Shown here: positions 31,019 to 40,640 of the stretch, piece after piece
How positions within the stretch are numbered: position 1 is the stretch's first letter
Layout of the letters: every line of letters starts with the position of its first letter
Source: a virus
Direction: 5' to 3' (one strand)
IMG/VR virus record: IMGVR_UViG_3300026907_000016
Length of the DNA stretch: 51,207 nucleotides
Position numbers and translations under genes: made by a program
The notes under the pieces: model-generated
The model's input: the letters and a program-made list of their open reading frames with translations, nothing else
Told to the model about the DNA's origin: nothing
Databases searched by the model: none

Positions 31019-31630
31019 CTAGGCTGCGTTCCAAGCGCTGAAACCGCTTGGTATGGAATAAGAGAAATCCACAGAAGCACCCCTGATGGTGAGGTTTGCT
31101 GTCCCAGCATTTGCTGCTACAGCAGGCCTGACAGCTTCGGATATTCCGCTGAAAGCAGCAGTAGACCCGGCGCCAGGTTCACCACCTCCAACCCAGGCCC
31201 CGTTGACCGAGAACCATACTTCTCCAGTCGAGAAGTCAACTGCGATTCCGATAACAGACCCATTACCCCAACCAGACTGATAGGCTGTGGCTGACGATGA
31301 GAAGCGCTTCTGGCCGCTACGCAGCAATGCCCAGCTACTAGATCCAGCACCAGGCAGGTTTGTTGAGGTAGGGTCAAACCCAACCCCACATATGTGGACC
31401 GCTGGATCGTAGGCGTTTGTTCCACCAGCGCCAGAGTTCAGCCTGATCTCGCAGTACCGCTTGCCGCTTGATCGGTACAGGGTGCTAGCAAGGTTCTGTA
31501 CACCGCTGCCGCCTCGCGTGGCGCTTTTCTGATCACCCGCGACAGTCCATCCGGATGTTTTCTCTGATGTGCTCCAGAGAAGCTCTGCGCCGGCACCAAC
31601 GCCGAACACGTACGGGTTTATGATAATCAT
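31019..31630 (-). CDS. SPRY/concanavalin-like domain protein (tail-fibre accessory?)
   Basis: 203 aa. SGKRYCEIRL...SVIGIAVDFSTGEVWFSVNGAW resembles the SPRY core. Last gene of the tail module. Confidence 0.5.
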   Translation of the reverse strand: MIIINPYVFGVGAGAELLWSTSEKTSGWTVAGDQKSATRGGSGVQNLASTLYRSSGKRYCEIRLNSGAGGTNAYDPAVHICGVGFDPTSTNLPGAGSSSWALLRSGQKRFSSSATAYQSGWGNGSVIGIAVDFSTGEVWFSVNGAWVGGGEPGAGSTAAFSGISEAVRPAVAANAGTANLTIRGASVDFSYSIPSGFSAWNAA

Positions 31631-32394
31631 AGCGGCTTGTAACCGATGAGCGTCACTTTGAGACCCTTGGCGGTGCCGTCTCCAAGTTGATCTATATCAA
31701 TCGTAATTTCAGCATCATCTGCCAGCGAAGAATCGGAAATGACCGCTGCCGTTGCTGCCGTTGTGCTGGTTTTCTCTGCGTTGTCTATGGTCAGCTTGGT
31801 GCTTAGCACGGATGTCCCATTCTTATTAATATCAACAGTCAGAATTGACCCAGTTGCTTGAGCAGTAGTCAATGACGCTCTTACTCCTGTCAAAGTAAAT
31901 GCGTAGGCCATCCTGAAAGTTACCTTAGCAGTTCCGGTTGTAAGGGCGGTTATTTCATCGCTGCACGCGATGATGATAGGTACGGGAACAATTACAGCGC
32001 CATTGCCACCGTTTACCGAGGAAACCGCGCCGGCAGACGTGTCTCTAAGCGACCATGCAGTACCGTTGTATACGTACTCAAGAGGCACGTTCAGTGCGTC
32101 AAGCTCATCCAGAACCTGAACAACCATGCCAAGGCCTGGCGCAAGAAACGTCCAGGCATTAACAGCAGTCAGCCACCACGCTAATTGTCCTGATTTACCA
32201 GACCAATCCCCTGTTGGGCTAGACGCAACGATATACATGGCGCCATTTGCAGGAGAAACAGGTGGCGTTGCCAGATCCTTGTCTATGACTCTAGGCATCA
32301 CCAACTGGTCAAGGGCAGCAAGAGCCGCATTAACTAGAAGGTAATTCGCCTGCCCATTTGCTGTTTCTGCAAGCTGCAGTTTTGGCGTCGTCAC
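31627..32394 (-). CDS. DUF2793-like tail fibre protein
   Basis: 255 aa. PANGAMYIVASSPTGDWSGKSGQLAWW...NAWTFLAPGLGMVV. The C-terminal half is low-GC and Thr/Ala-rich (beta-type). Confidence 0.55.
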   Translation of the reverse strand: MTTPKLQLAETANGQANYLLVNAALAALDQLVMPRVIDKDLATPPVSPANGAMYIVASSPTGDWSGKSGQLAWWLTAVNAWTFLAPGLGMVVQVLDELDALNVPLEYVYNGTAWSLRDTSAGAVSSVNGGNGAVIVPVPIIIACSDEITALTTGTAKVTFRMAYAFTLTGVRASLTTAQATGSILTVDINKNGTSVLSTKLTIDNAEKTSTTAATAAVISDSSLADDAEITIDIDQLGDGTAKGLKVTLIGYKPL

Positions 32395-35300
32395 AGTGTT
32401 ACCTCTCGGACATAGCCGCGCCCTACCACCTCAGAGAGCTGGTAGATTCGGAAAGTAATAGAAGCCTGCGCAGAGCCGAAGTCTGTCGTCTGCTGCGCCG
32501 CGGTGTAACTGAAGCTTGTGGTACTGGAAGAGATTGTGCGCACGACTGTTGAGCCGTTCATCACGTCTATCGCGTAGGCCTCGCTCGTCTCGCCTACCGG
32601 AGCTTGTACGCCATTCGTCCACCAGGTGCTGGAGAGACGCGAACGCCGGTAGAACGAACCCGTGAAGTTCTGCGAGCCGTCCCGGGCGCCGGTGACGTTG
32701 ACCACGCCTAGCGGCTCTAGATTCACGCCATCGTACGAGAACGTAACGTCTTCGGCGTCATCGATGCTTGCCCCAGAGGTAACACCTCGGTAGATGCGAT
32801 CCAGCCCAATGGACTGGATCGACATGCCGATGAATGCGTTGTCTGGGTCATCCAGCAGGATGAAGTAATCGCCGACCTGGTGCAGGCCAGTTGCCCACTC
32901 GGTCCCTTTGTCGCCGCGCACGAAACCAGACAGCGTGTAGGTGCCGTCTGCGTTTAGAGTGGCATCGCGGAACCGCACGATCTCCCACCGACCATCAACA
33001 CCATAAGCTGCGTAGTTGAAGCCAGTGAGCAACTGATCTTCGGTTATCGAATAAAATTCACCGGATATAACGGACAGCGTAAGCGTGGCCGAGCTGATCA
33101 GATAGCCTGCATGCGCGCTCAGCGAGTTCTGAGCGAGGCCGATAGTAGCTTTTCCCGTGAAGCCCTGAATATCTTCGAACGTTTGGCCACCATCTGTAGA
33201 TCGGACTGCAATGGCGCCAGGCCATCCTTCTGAATATCCGGTCATGACTCCAACAAACCCAGGACTTGTCTGACTAACCTCGTCGACCAGCGGGATATCC
33301 AGCGGAATGAACAAGGAAGGACCAGCAAGGCCTATGGTATCTGGCGGCGTTCCACCATCGCCGCCTACTGCTTGGCTCTTGTAAATAGCCGCATTTGCTG
33401 GCCTTGCCTTGCACTTGCGCACGAGCGTCGAGGCATCGTTGATCTCTGTCAGCCTGAGCGTATAGGTGCTTTCTGGGGTTGTTACCGTTACGACATCCGC
33501 GGGCTCAAGCGCCGCATAAATCGGCGGAATCTCCAGATCAAAAACAGTTCGTTCCAGCCAAGGCAGTTGCTGGAGAACGTCAGCGGCCTGCGCGGCTTCC
33601 GTGGCAGTAAGGACAATGGGAAGCTCTCTGTCTACGCGGTTCACTGCCTGTGTTCCAGGCCGATCTGCATACTCCTCGCCGCTGGCATACTCGCGGCTGG
33701 CATCCCAGAATTTAAGGTGCGTTGACGCCGGAAGCTGCGAATCCATCTCACGCGACTGCCGTAGCGTTTCTGATGCGGACTCGCCAGAAGCAGCGCCAAG
33801 GTCCTCATGGGGTATGGTCGCAACACTTGAGCCGCCGCGAGGAACGCACTGGATCAGATAGCCATGCTGGCGAACGTCAAAGGGATATGCCGCTTGAAGG
33901 TTCTCAATCGATGCTCTAACTGTTCCGCCCTGAACTCTGTAGCCGCGCACTCCATCGGTCATCAGGTCAGTTGAAACATCTGAATCATTGAGAAGTGATG
34001 TAAGCTTGCATTCTTCCTTAAATATATAGGAGATTGGAACTAGCTCGCGATTGACTGTTTCCAAAATATGGAAGTCATGTACATAGCCCCTCGTTGGGGA
34101 ATCGGTTACATAGCCGCCTCTACAAAACACACCATTAAACACACCAGCAGTGTAATTACCAGTGATGCTTGGAGATATGTCAGAGAATACAAACTCTTTT
34201 TCAACGCTTTGCAGATCTGCAGACAGCCTTTGAACTTTCACGCGCGTTGCTAAGTACAGGTAGACACCATCAAAATTCATCCATATTACCGATGTTTCTG
34301 ACGGAGTGGAAAAATCAGCATCAACAGAAATAGTATCAAGCAGGTTTAGTGAATAATCGTAAACATCAATCCCACCATCAAAAAGACAATATATCTTGCT
34401 GTCGTTTTCGCAAATTGATAGATAATCCTGAGAGGCAATTGAAATGTTACTTGGCGTAAAAGTTGAATATTCAACTCTGTGCATTCCAGAGACAGAATTC
34501 CACTCTCCAGAAAAAAACAAGTAGCCGCCGGCAACCACGAAGAATTCAACAATTCTATTTGTTATATCAATAGAAACCTTGTCTGGATAAATATAGAGAG
34601 AATCGCTAGGCAGAACGGAAGAAACACAAATCTTTCCTTGCGATGGGTTTGGAATTATTGTGCCGGTTGGCGACCATGCAGACTTCCTTGATACTACCCC
34701 AGCCTCTCTAGACTCGCTGATTACAGCAGAAGCGCTTGATGGATATGAGTTGCTCCAATTTGGGTCAAAAATTGAAGCTTCAGAATCAGACTGCAAATAT
34801 CCATACACAGCTCCAGGCAAGAAATTTCCAGGGCTTTCAATAAATCGATAATTTGAAGCCTCTGTGCTTTTCGAAATCTCCGTGCACACTTCAAATTTAA
34901 ACTGCGCCCCCTCAAGCGAGTTGTTATATTCAGTCAGCTCAAAATCATAGAAAACAATGTAAGGAGTGCCTCGATATGCGGGCGTATTCCCCACGCCTTT
35001 TTCTGCCTCAATTCGAGGGTCAGGGAGCTGGTCGTCGGAACCGTTATAAATCCTCCAGCCGCGTGCCGCTTTGTTGCTCGCAATGATCGTTTCGAGGTCA
35101 CTGCTGCCGACGTTGTAGATCAACTTGTCGCGGCACCAGATACGGCGGACGCCAGCGATTGGGCCTTCACCCAGGCCAATAGCGAAGGTGGCGAAGTAGG
35201 TATAGGTCTTCATGGTCGATCCGCCGCCACCACCCTTACCGCCCTGCTTCTTCTTGCGCACCACCTCCTTGAGCTTTCCGCCTTCCAGCCAAAACACATT

Positions 35301-35537
35301 TCCGTGCGCCGGCGCGGTGCCGTAGAAGCGCGGAAGGAACGAGCCATAAGTGCTGGTCTGCACCGTAAGGTCGGAAAGCCGCGGGCCTTGGATGGTAGGG
35401 CCCTTGGGTGGGTCAAGGGCAGCGCCAAGCGCTGCACCATAGACTGCGCCATACGCGGCCCCAGCTGGGCCTCCGTATGCAAAAAAGCCGACTACAGCAC
35501 TGACTACAGCGCCAGCAATCTGACCGCCACTGCTCAT
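32391..35537 (-). CDS. Host-specificity / central tail fibre protein (RcGTA g15-like)
   Basis: 1048 aa. N-terminal Gly/Ala TM-like region, then KKKQGGKGGGGGST. The largest tail gene after the tape measure. An AT-rich block lies in its middle. Confidence 0.8.
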   Translation of the reverse strand: MSSGGQIAGAVVSAVVGFFAYGGPAGAAYGAVYGAALGAALDPPKGPTIQGPRLSDLTVQTSTYGSFLPRFYGTAPAHGNVFWLEGGKLKEVVRKKKQGGKGGGGGSTMKTYTYFATFAIGLGEGPIAGVRRIWCRDKLIYNVGSSDLETIIASNKAARGWRIYNGSDDQLPDPRIEAEKGVGNTPAYRGTPYIVFYDFELTEYNNSLEGAQFKFEVCTEISKSTEASNYRFIESPGNFLPGAVYGYLQSDSEASIFDPNWSNSYPSSASAVISESREAGVVSRKSAWSPTGTIIPNPSQGKICVSSVLPSDSLYIYPDKVSIDITNRIVEFFVVAGGYLFFSGEWNSVSGMHRVEYSTFTPSNISIASQDYLSICENDSKIYCLFDGGIDVYDYSLNLLDTISVDADFSTPSETSVIWMNFDGVYLYLATRVKVQRLSADLQSVEKEFVFSDISPSITGNYTAGVFNGVFCRGGYVTDSPTRGYVHDFHILETVNRELVPISYIFKEECKLTSLLNDSDVSTDLMTDGVRGYRVQGGTVRASIENLQAAYPFDVRQHGYLIQCVPRGGSSVATIPHEDLGAASGESASETLRQSREMDSQLPASTHLKFWDASREYASGEEYADRPGTQAVNRVDRELPIVLTATEAAQAADVLQQLPWLERTVFDLEIPPIYAALEPADVVTVTTPESTYTLRLTEINDASTLVRKCKARPANAAIYKSQAVGGDGGTPPDTIGLAGPSLFIPLDIPLVDEVSQTSPGFVGVMTGYSEGWPGAIAVRSTDGGQTFEDIQGFTGKATIGLAQNSLSAHAGYLISSATLTLSVISGEFYSITEDQLLTGFNYAAYGVDGRWEIVRFRDATLNADGTYTLSGFVRGDKGTEWATGLHQVGDYFILLDDPDNAFIGMSIQSIGLDRIYRGVTSGASIDDAEDVTFSYDGVNLEPLGVVNVTGARDGSQNFTGSFYRRSRLSSTWWTNGVQAPVGETSEAYAIDVMNGSTVVRTISSSTTSFSYTAAQQTTDFGSAQASITFRIYQLSEVVGRGYVREVTL

Positions 35538-35947
35538 TGGAAACCCTCAAAGCGATAAACATGCGCTACGCGCGCTCGCCAAACGTCCGCAAGGCGGTGC
35601 TCGACAACCTTCCCGACGTGTTCGTATGCGTGGATCATCGAATAGCCCGCATGGATGGCGATGTGTTGCGGAGCGCCGTCGAAGCGCATCAACAGCACGT
35701 CGCCCTCGCGCATTTCGGTCGTCGGCACACGATGCAAAAATGGTTGACGCTCAATGCATTGTTCCAGCAGTCCCTTGTAGGGATTGCGGCCATACCCCTG
35801 CTCGTCTATCACGCACAGGCCAAGGTCGCGGCACACCATGACGAACAGGCCGGCGCAGTCCAGCGCAAGCGGCGGCGTACGACCCTGGTGACGGAACGGC
35901 ACGCCGAGGTATGTGCGCGCTGCTGCAACTACGTCTGCGCCCTTCAT
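35534..35947 (-). CDS. NlpC/P60 cell-wall peptidase (RcGTA g14-like)
   Basis: 137 aa. LDCAGLFVMV (catalytic Cys) ...QHIAIHAG...IHAYE (His). Confidence 0.8.
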   Translation of the reverse strand: MKGADVVAAARTYLGVPFRHQGRTPPLALDCAGLFVMVCRDLGLCVIDEQGYGRNPYKGLLEQCIERQPFLHRVPTTEMREGDVLLMRFDGAPQHIAIHAGYSMIHAYEHVGKVVEHRLADVWRARVAHVYRFEGFQ

Positions 35948-36840
35948 CCGCCTCTCCCTACTGAGCTGTATTGCGAAGGCGAAGGCACGTACTCAAACCC
36001 GCCAAAATTGCGCTTGTTGCTGTACTTGACCCTGCACTGGGTGCCCGTCTTATTGCAGCCTGGGATCATCTCGTAGGCGTCGCCGATCTCGGGCAGGTAG
36101 AACATCGCGTCCTGCAGCAGCATAACGCCGCCAGCCGCGAAGGCCTTGACGCGGATCGGCGCCAGGCCGGCGTTGTTGCCGCTGGTGAATCGGATCTCGC
36201 CGAAGTCGAACCAGCCAGCCGCCTCTGCACGAGAGGAATCCGCGAATATGTACTGGTCGGTTACGCTGGTGATCGTGCCGGTTACGAGGTAGTCGGCAAT
36301 GTCAGGGCCGTCCGGCGCCGCACGCGGCCCAGTGCAGCGGCTTTTGTGAGCCGGCAGCAGGTCGCCGCCGAGGCGCTGATCGAACAGCGTCCACTGGCAG
36401 GAGGCGGTGTAGGTACGGCCGACCGACTGCGACAGCACGTCTATGGCGCCCATCAGCTGCACGCTGTAGGAGTCGCGCAGTTCGTCGAACTGCGCGGCAC
36501 CGAAGAACATCAGCCCCAGAGGTTCTTCGTCCTCAATTGGATTGGCCCAAGACGTGGCAAACAGGTAGACGCGTGCGTTGTCGTAGACGCCCGAGGCCAG
36601 GTCGGTTCGGCTTATCGCGCCCTGCTGAAGGATTCCGCTCAGGTCGATGCTGGAACTGGCAAACGTGCTGGTGCTGTCCAGGCCTGAGAATTCATACCCG
36701 CTCTCGGTCAGGTAGACATGGCCATTGCTCATCGGCAGATCAACCGGGTACCCGGCCAGGCGCACGATAGGCGCGTCATTTGCCGGCTCAATGCGGACGC
36801 AGTAAACCCGCGTCTGCCAGTCTGCGACGTGTGATTTCAT
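35944..36840 (-). CDS. DUF2163/BR0599-type tail protein (RcGTA g13-like)
   Basis: 298 aa. C-terminal CNKTGTQCRVKYSNKRNFGGFEYVP. Confidence 0.65.
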   Translation of the reverse strand: MKSHVADWQTRVYCVRIEPANDAPIVRLAGYPVDLPMSNGHVYLTESGYEFSGLDSTSTFASSSIDLSGILQQGAISRTDLASGVYDNARVYLFATSWANPIEDEEPLGLMFFGAAQFDELRDSYSVQLMGAIDVLSQSVGRTYTASCQWTLFDQRLGGDLLPAHKSRCTGPRAAPDGPDIADYLVTGTITSVTDQYIFADSSRAEAAGWFDFGEIRFTSGNNAGLAPIRVKAFAAGGVMLLQDAMFYLPEIGDAYEMIPGCNKTGTQCRVKYSNKRNFGGFEYVPSPSQYSSVGRGG

Positions 36841-36849
36841 GGAATTGGC

Positions 36850-37710
36850 TCAGGGGTTGAGTATTTCGCGGATGCCTACCGAGGTGCCGAGCACACCGGG
36901 GCCGATGAATGTGCCGGAGAGATCGGCATCGAAGCGCATGGGGATGTCGAAGACGCAGCCGCAGGTAACCGCCTCTCCGGCGATTGGCTGGGTCTGCACC
37001 GTGCCGCTGTTCAAGTAATCGCTAAACAGCGCGGAGTCGATCGCCACTTGGATGGTCGTACTGGTCGGCTTTGCCGTGATCAGCGCGCGCAGGCCGTTGA
37101 TTTCCACCATGCCAGCAACACCGCTGATTGCTACCGACTCGCCAACCGCGAAGGTGTTCGTTCCCACCGTCAGAACGGCCTGGCTCGCCTTCGTGATGCC
37201 GGTGATCGAGCGCGACTTGTTGGCGGACATGGTCACACGGCCAGTGGTTGTGTCGACGCTCCACTGCCCGGATGGCAGTACCTGACCGCCTACGCCAACC
37301 AGGGTCGTGCCGGCTGCCGGCTTGCGGATGATCCGGCGCGCGCACTTCGTGTCGGCTGGGTTACCGTACCAGCGGACCATCTGATAAAGCCCCGTGCTGA
37401 TCAACTGCATCGGCTGATCGAACGCGGTGTGCGCCTTGGTATAGGCATTGGTCGAGAAGTCGTTGTAGTTGTAGACGCGGAAGCCGCGGAACGTACCGTT
37501 GGCGCGTCGGTTAAGGTCGATGATTCGAGCGATCACCTCTTCCTTTTGACGGGAGAAGTCGACCTCTAGGGCGCAGCGCACGAACGGGTGCTCGAGGCTG
37601 CGGTACTCATCGCCGCCAGAGGTGGTAACCACGCGCACCGCGCCGATCTCGCGGAAACCACTGCCGTAGTTGATGTCGTGCGGGAACCGCTCTTCCAGAA
37701 ACTCGGCCAT
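36850..37710 (-). CDS. DUF2460-type distal tail protein (RcGTA g12-like) with an inserted beta-domain
   Basis: 286 aa. MAEFLEERFPHDINYGSGF...; insert ITGITKASQAVLTVGTNTFAVGESVAISGVAGMVEINGLRA. Confidence 0.6.
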   Translation of the reverse strand: MAEFLEERFPHDINYGSGFREIGAVRVVTTSGGDEYRSLEHPFVRCALEVDFSRQKEEVIARIIDLNRRANGTFRGFRVYNYNDFSTNAYTKAHTAFDQPMQLISTGLYQMVRWYGNPADTKCARRIIRKPAAGTTLVGVGGQVLPSGQWSVDTTTGRVTMSANKSRSITGITKASQAVLTVGTNTFAVGESVAISGVAGMVEINGLRALITAKPTSTTIQVAIDSALFSDYLNSGTVQTQPIAGEAVTCGCVFDIPMRFDADLSGTFIGPGVLGTSVGIREILNP

Positions 37711-40640
37711 CAGCTATACCTCGCAGCCTGCACCATGGCGCCGTTGACCTGGCGAGCCAGGGTTGCGGTTGCCTCTCTCGCTTCGCCAGCCGTACGCATG
37801 CCGGAGAAGTCGGCATTGATGATGACGCTATTGCCGGAAGGCCCGGATACCTGGCTGCGCGACGGCTTGGTGTGGTCGGTAACGGTCTCTTGCGGGTGAA
37901 GGATGGCAAGGAAACCGCCCTTGCCATCGATACCACCAGAGCGCGGAGAATCTCCGGTATAGCCGCCGCCGTCGAATCCATATGCGCCCGTATAGCCGCC
38001 AGCGCTGAATAGCGAAAGAAGCCCACCAGCACCGCCAGAAGAACCCGCCACCGATGAACCGGCACTTGCTGCGGCCAAGCTCGCTGCCGCTGCTTGAATG
38101 GCTGCCGCTCCGGTGACAAGTGTTCCACCTGCCGCCGTAAGCGCTGCTGCGGATGCAGAAACCGCAGCAGCGCCCGTGGTGAGGTTTGCAGATTGATCAG
38201 CTCCTGGCAGGAAGCTCATCAACCCTTCCGCCAGGTTCGCCGTAAGCTGACGAGCTCCCATGCGAGCGATGTCCGCGATGAACGAGTCAACGAGATCCGC
38301 CACCGAAGCTTTACCAGTCAAAGCGAACTGAACAAAGGCATCCTCGGTGCTTGCCAGGGCATTAGAGAACAGTTCGTAGGTCTGCCCCGAAACATCCTGG
38401 GCGCTGGTCAAGTAGTCAGCGAATGCATCCCGAGCGCCATTGCTCCAATCGCCGCGCGCCTCATCCATAGCCCGGAAGCTTTCGCGTAGCAAAGCCTGAC
38501 GCTGCTCCAGGGCGCGCTGTAGTGCTTCGGTTTCTGCGTCATACAGGCTCTGACTGATGTCTCCCCGGTTGTATTGCTCCTGCAGGCGAGACTGTTGGCG
38601 GGAAAACTGATTCTGCAAGCGCAGACCTTCCTGAAGCCGCTCGGCCTGCTGGCGGCCAAGTCCAAGCGTGGCAACCTGCAATTCGTACGCTTCTCGAGCA
38701 TTGCCGATCTGGTCGGCCAGGGTTTGCTGAAACGCAGCAAGTTTCTTGGCTTCATCAGCGATCTGCGCCCGGATTCGAACCTCTTCACTCAAAGCAACAT
38801 TCTGATCAAGCTGAGCCTTGATCGCTTCTTGGCTGGCCAAGAGTGACTTCTGGTCGGCGGTAAGGATCGCCTTTCCTTTCAGGTCTGCTATCAGCGATTC
38901 AAACTCGGCGCGCTTCTTCTGCGCATCAGTCAGTCTGGTTTCGCTGAGAAGCTGGGCTTCGTATTCAGAGGACTGTTGGCGCAGCGATAGCAGCATTCGG
39001 GTGGCCGCATCGTCGCGGAAAGCCGCCTGCCGTGGCGTCCTGGCAGGACGATTCGCGCGCTCTTCTGCGTCGGCGATCTGTTTGTTCAGTGCCGCCGCAC
39101 TCTTCTCGAATTGCGCTTGTGCCTCTGGCGTGAAGGAGCGGTTGGCGATGTTGAAGTCACGCGCCTCATTCAGCTCTTTCAGGCGCTCGCGCAGTTTCTC
39201 GACGTTCGACCGTGCGGAATCTGCCTCCTTACCGATCAGCTCGAGCCCCTGGATAGCGCGCTTTTCGTTCTCAGCGCGCAGGCCTTCGGTCGCAGCGTCC
39301 AGGCCTTGGCTTTGAATACCCAGCAAGAGGCGCTGCTCTTCAGCGTTAAAGCGGCTTGCCTGTGAGTCCGTCAGCGATGGGAATGCCCGGTCGCCGCGAG
39401 GGCCATAGGATGCCTCGGTTCTAGCCCGCCGCAGTTGCTCAAGCTGATCCTGAAGAGTTGATTCTCGGCCTACGCCAAGCATCTCGTCCCAGGCCTCGGC
39501 AGCGACGTTCTTGATGCCTTTCCATGCCTGCTCGATCAGGCCGAGGTTGCCTTCGATCTGGTTGGCGCGGCGCTCCATGGCGTCGCCAAATGTCTCGATG
39601 GCCAGTTCCTGGGCGCCGACGGCGTCGCCCTGCGCCTCAAGGGCTGCGATTTGGGCGTAAACCGAGGCGGTCAGGTAGTTGTATTGCTCGTTCAGCTTGG
39701 CGGACGCCGCGGCCGGCTCGTCTGCGAGCTTCTTGAACTCGGCGATTGTCTCGGAGACCGCTTTGCCGGTGGCCTCTTCCATCGCAACCGCAGCAGTGGC
39801 TACGGCCTGGATCTGATCGGCAGCAAACTTCCCTGATCCAGCTACTTCAGCCAAGGCGGCAGCAGCCTGGCGCTGTGTGCCGACGGTGCCGTCGATGGCC
39901 TTGGCCATATCGCCAAGGCGGCCGGCCGTGGTTCCGGCTGCGTTGCCAGTTAGGATCAGCGAGCGCTGATAAGCGGTAACTTCATCGCTGCCCTGCTTGT
40001 AGGCCAGCGCCAAGGCGCCAACCGCGACCGCGGCGACGGTGAAGGGGTTGACCAGGCCCAAGGCGTAACGCGCCGTCTCGGCCAGCGCAGGGCCCACGCC
40101 GCCAAACGAGTCCTTGATCTGGGCGCCCTGCTGCAGGAATACCTGAAGCGGGCTCTGGCCGGCCTGCAGGGAAATGAAGATGTCGGAGAACTGGGCGGGG
40201 AGCTGCCGGATGGCCTGGGCGGTTTGCTTTGAGGTGTTGCCGGTGCGGCTTATCGCGGTGTCGACATCGGTCAGGCTACGCCGCGCCTGATCTATCTTCG
40301 CCTGGTACTCGCCGAAAGTCTCGGTATCAAGCAGACCCTGACCACGAAACTGGCGCAGCTTGGCTTCCTGCTCATCCAGGCGGCCGAGTGCACCGACAAC
40401 CGGGTCGATCTTGCCGAGAAGCTGAGCCAGCTCCTGCTGCTGCTCGCGCAGGGCTTCGGAGCCCTTGCGGAACTCCCCAGCCGTGCCGCTAGCCTGCTTG
40501 GATGCGCCGCTCCACGCCTCCCCTACTCCTTTTGCCGCAGCCTCTGTGCGCGCACCGGTAGCGTTCAGGCCATCAAGGGCGGTCTCTGCCTTAGAGACTT
40601 CGCTTGTATCGATCGAAAAGCCGAGCGAGGCGATGTCCAT
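37710..40640 (-). CDS. Tape measure protein
   Basis: 976 aa, Ala/Gln/Glu-rich coiled coil with a Gly-rich C-terminus. Follows the G/GT chaperones. Confidence 0.9.
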   Translation of the reverse strand: MDIASLGFSIDTSEVSKAETALDGLNATGARTEAAAKGVGEAWSGASKQASGTAGEFRKGSEALREQQQELAQLLGKIDPVVGALGRLDEQEAKLRQFRGQGLLDTETFGEYQAKIDQARRSLTDVDTAISRTGNTSKQTAQAIRQLPAQFSDIFISLQAGQSPLQVFLQQGAQIKDSFGGVGPALAETARYALGLVNPFTVAAVAVGALALAYKQGSDEVTAYQRSLILTGNAAGTTAGRLGDMAKAIDGTVGTQRQAAAALAEVAGSGKFAADQIQAVATAAVAMEEATGKAVSETIAEFKKLADEPAAASAKLNEQYNYLTASVYAQIAALEAQGDAVGAQELAIETFGDAMERRANQIEGNLGLIEQAWKGIKNVAAEAWDEMLGVGRESTLQDQLEQLRRARTEASYGPRGDRAFPSLTDSQASRFNAEEQRLLLGIQSQGLDAATEGLRAENEKRAIQGLELIGKEADSARSNVEKLRERLKELNEARDFNIANRSFTPEAQAQFEKSAAALNKQIADAEERANRPARTPRQAAFRDDAATRMLLSLRQQSSEYEAQLLSETRLTDAQKKRAEFESLIADLKGKAILTADQKSLLASQEAIKAQLDQNVALSEEVRIRAQIADEAKKLAAFQQTLADQIGNAREAYELQVATLGLGRQQAERLQEGLRLQNQFSRQQSRLQEQYNRGDISQSLYDAETEALQRALEQRQALLRESFRAMDEARGDWSNGARDAFADYLTSAQDVSGQTYELFSNALASTEDAFVQFALTGKASVADLVDSFIADIARMGARQLTANLAEGLMSFLPGADQSANLTTGAAAVSASAAALTAAGGTLVTGAAAIQAAAASLAAASAGSSVAGSSGGAGGLLSLFSAGGYTGAYGFDGGGYTGDSPRSGGIDGKGGFLAILHPQETVTDHTKPSRSQVSGPSGNSVIINADFSGMRTAGEAREATATLARQVNGAMVQAARYS

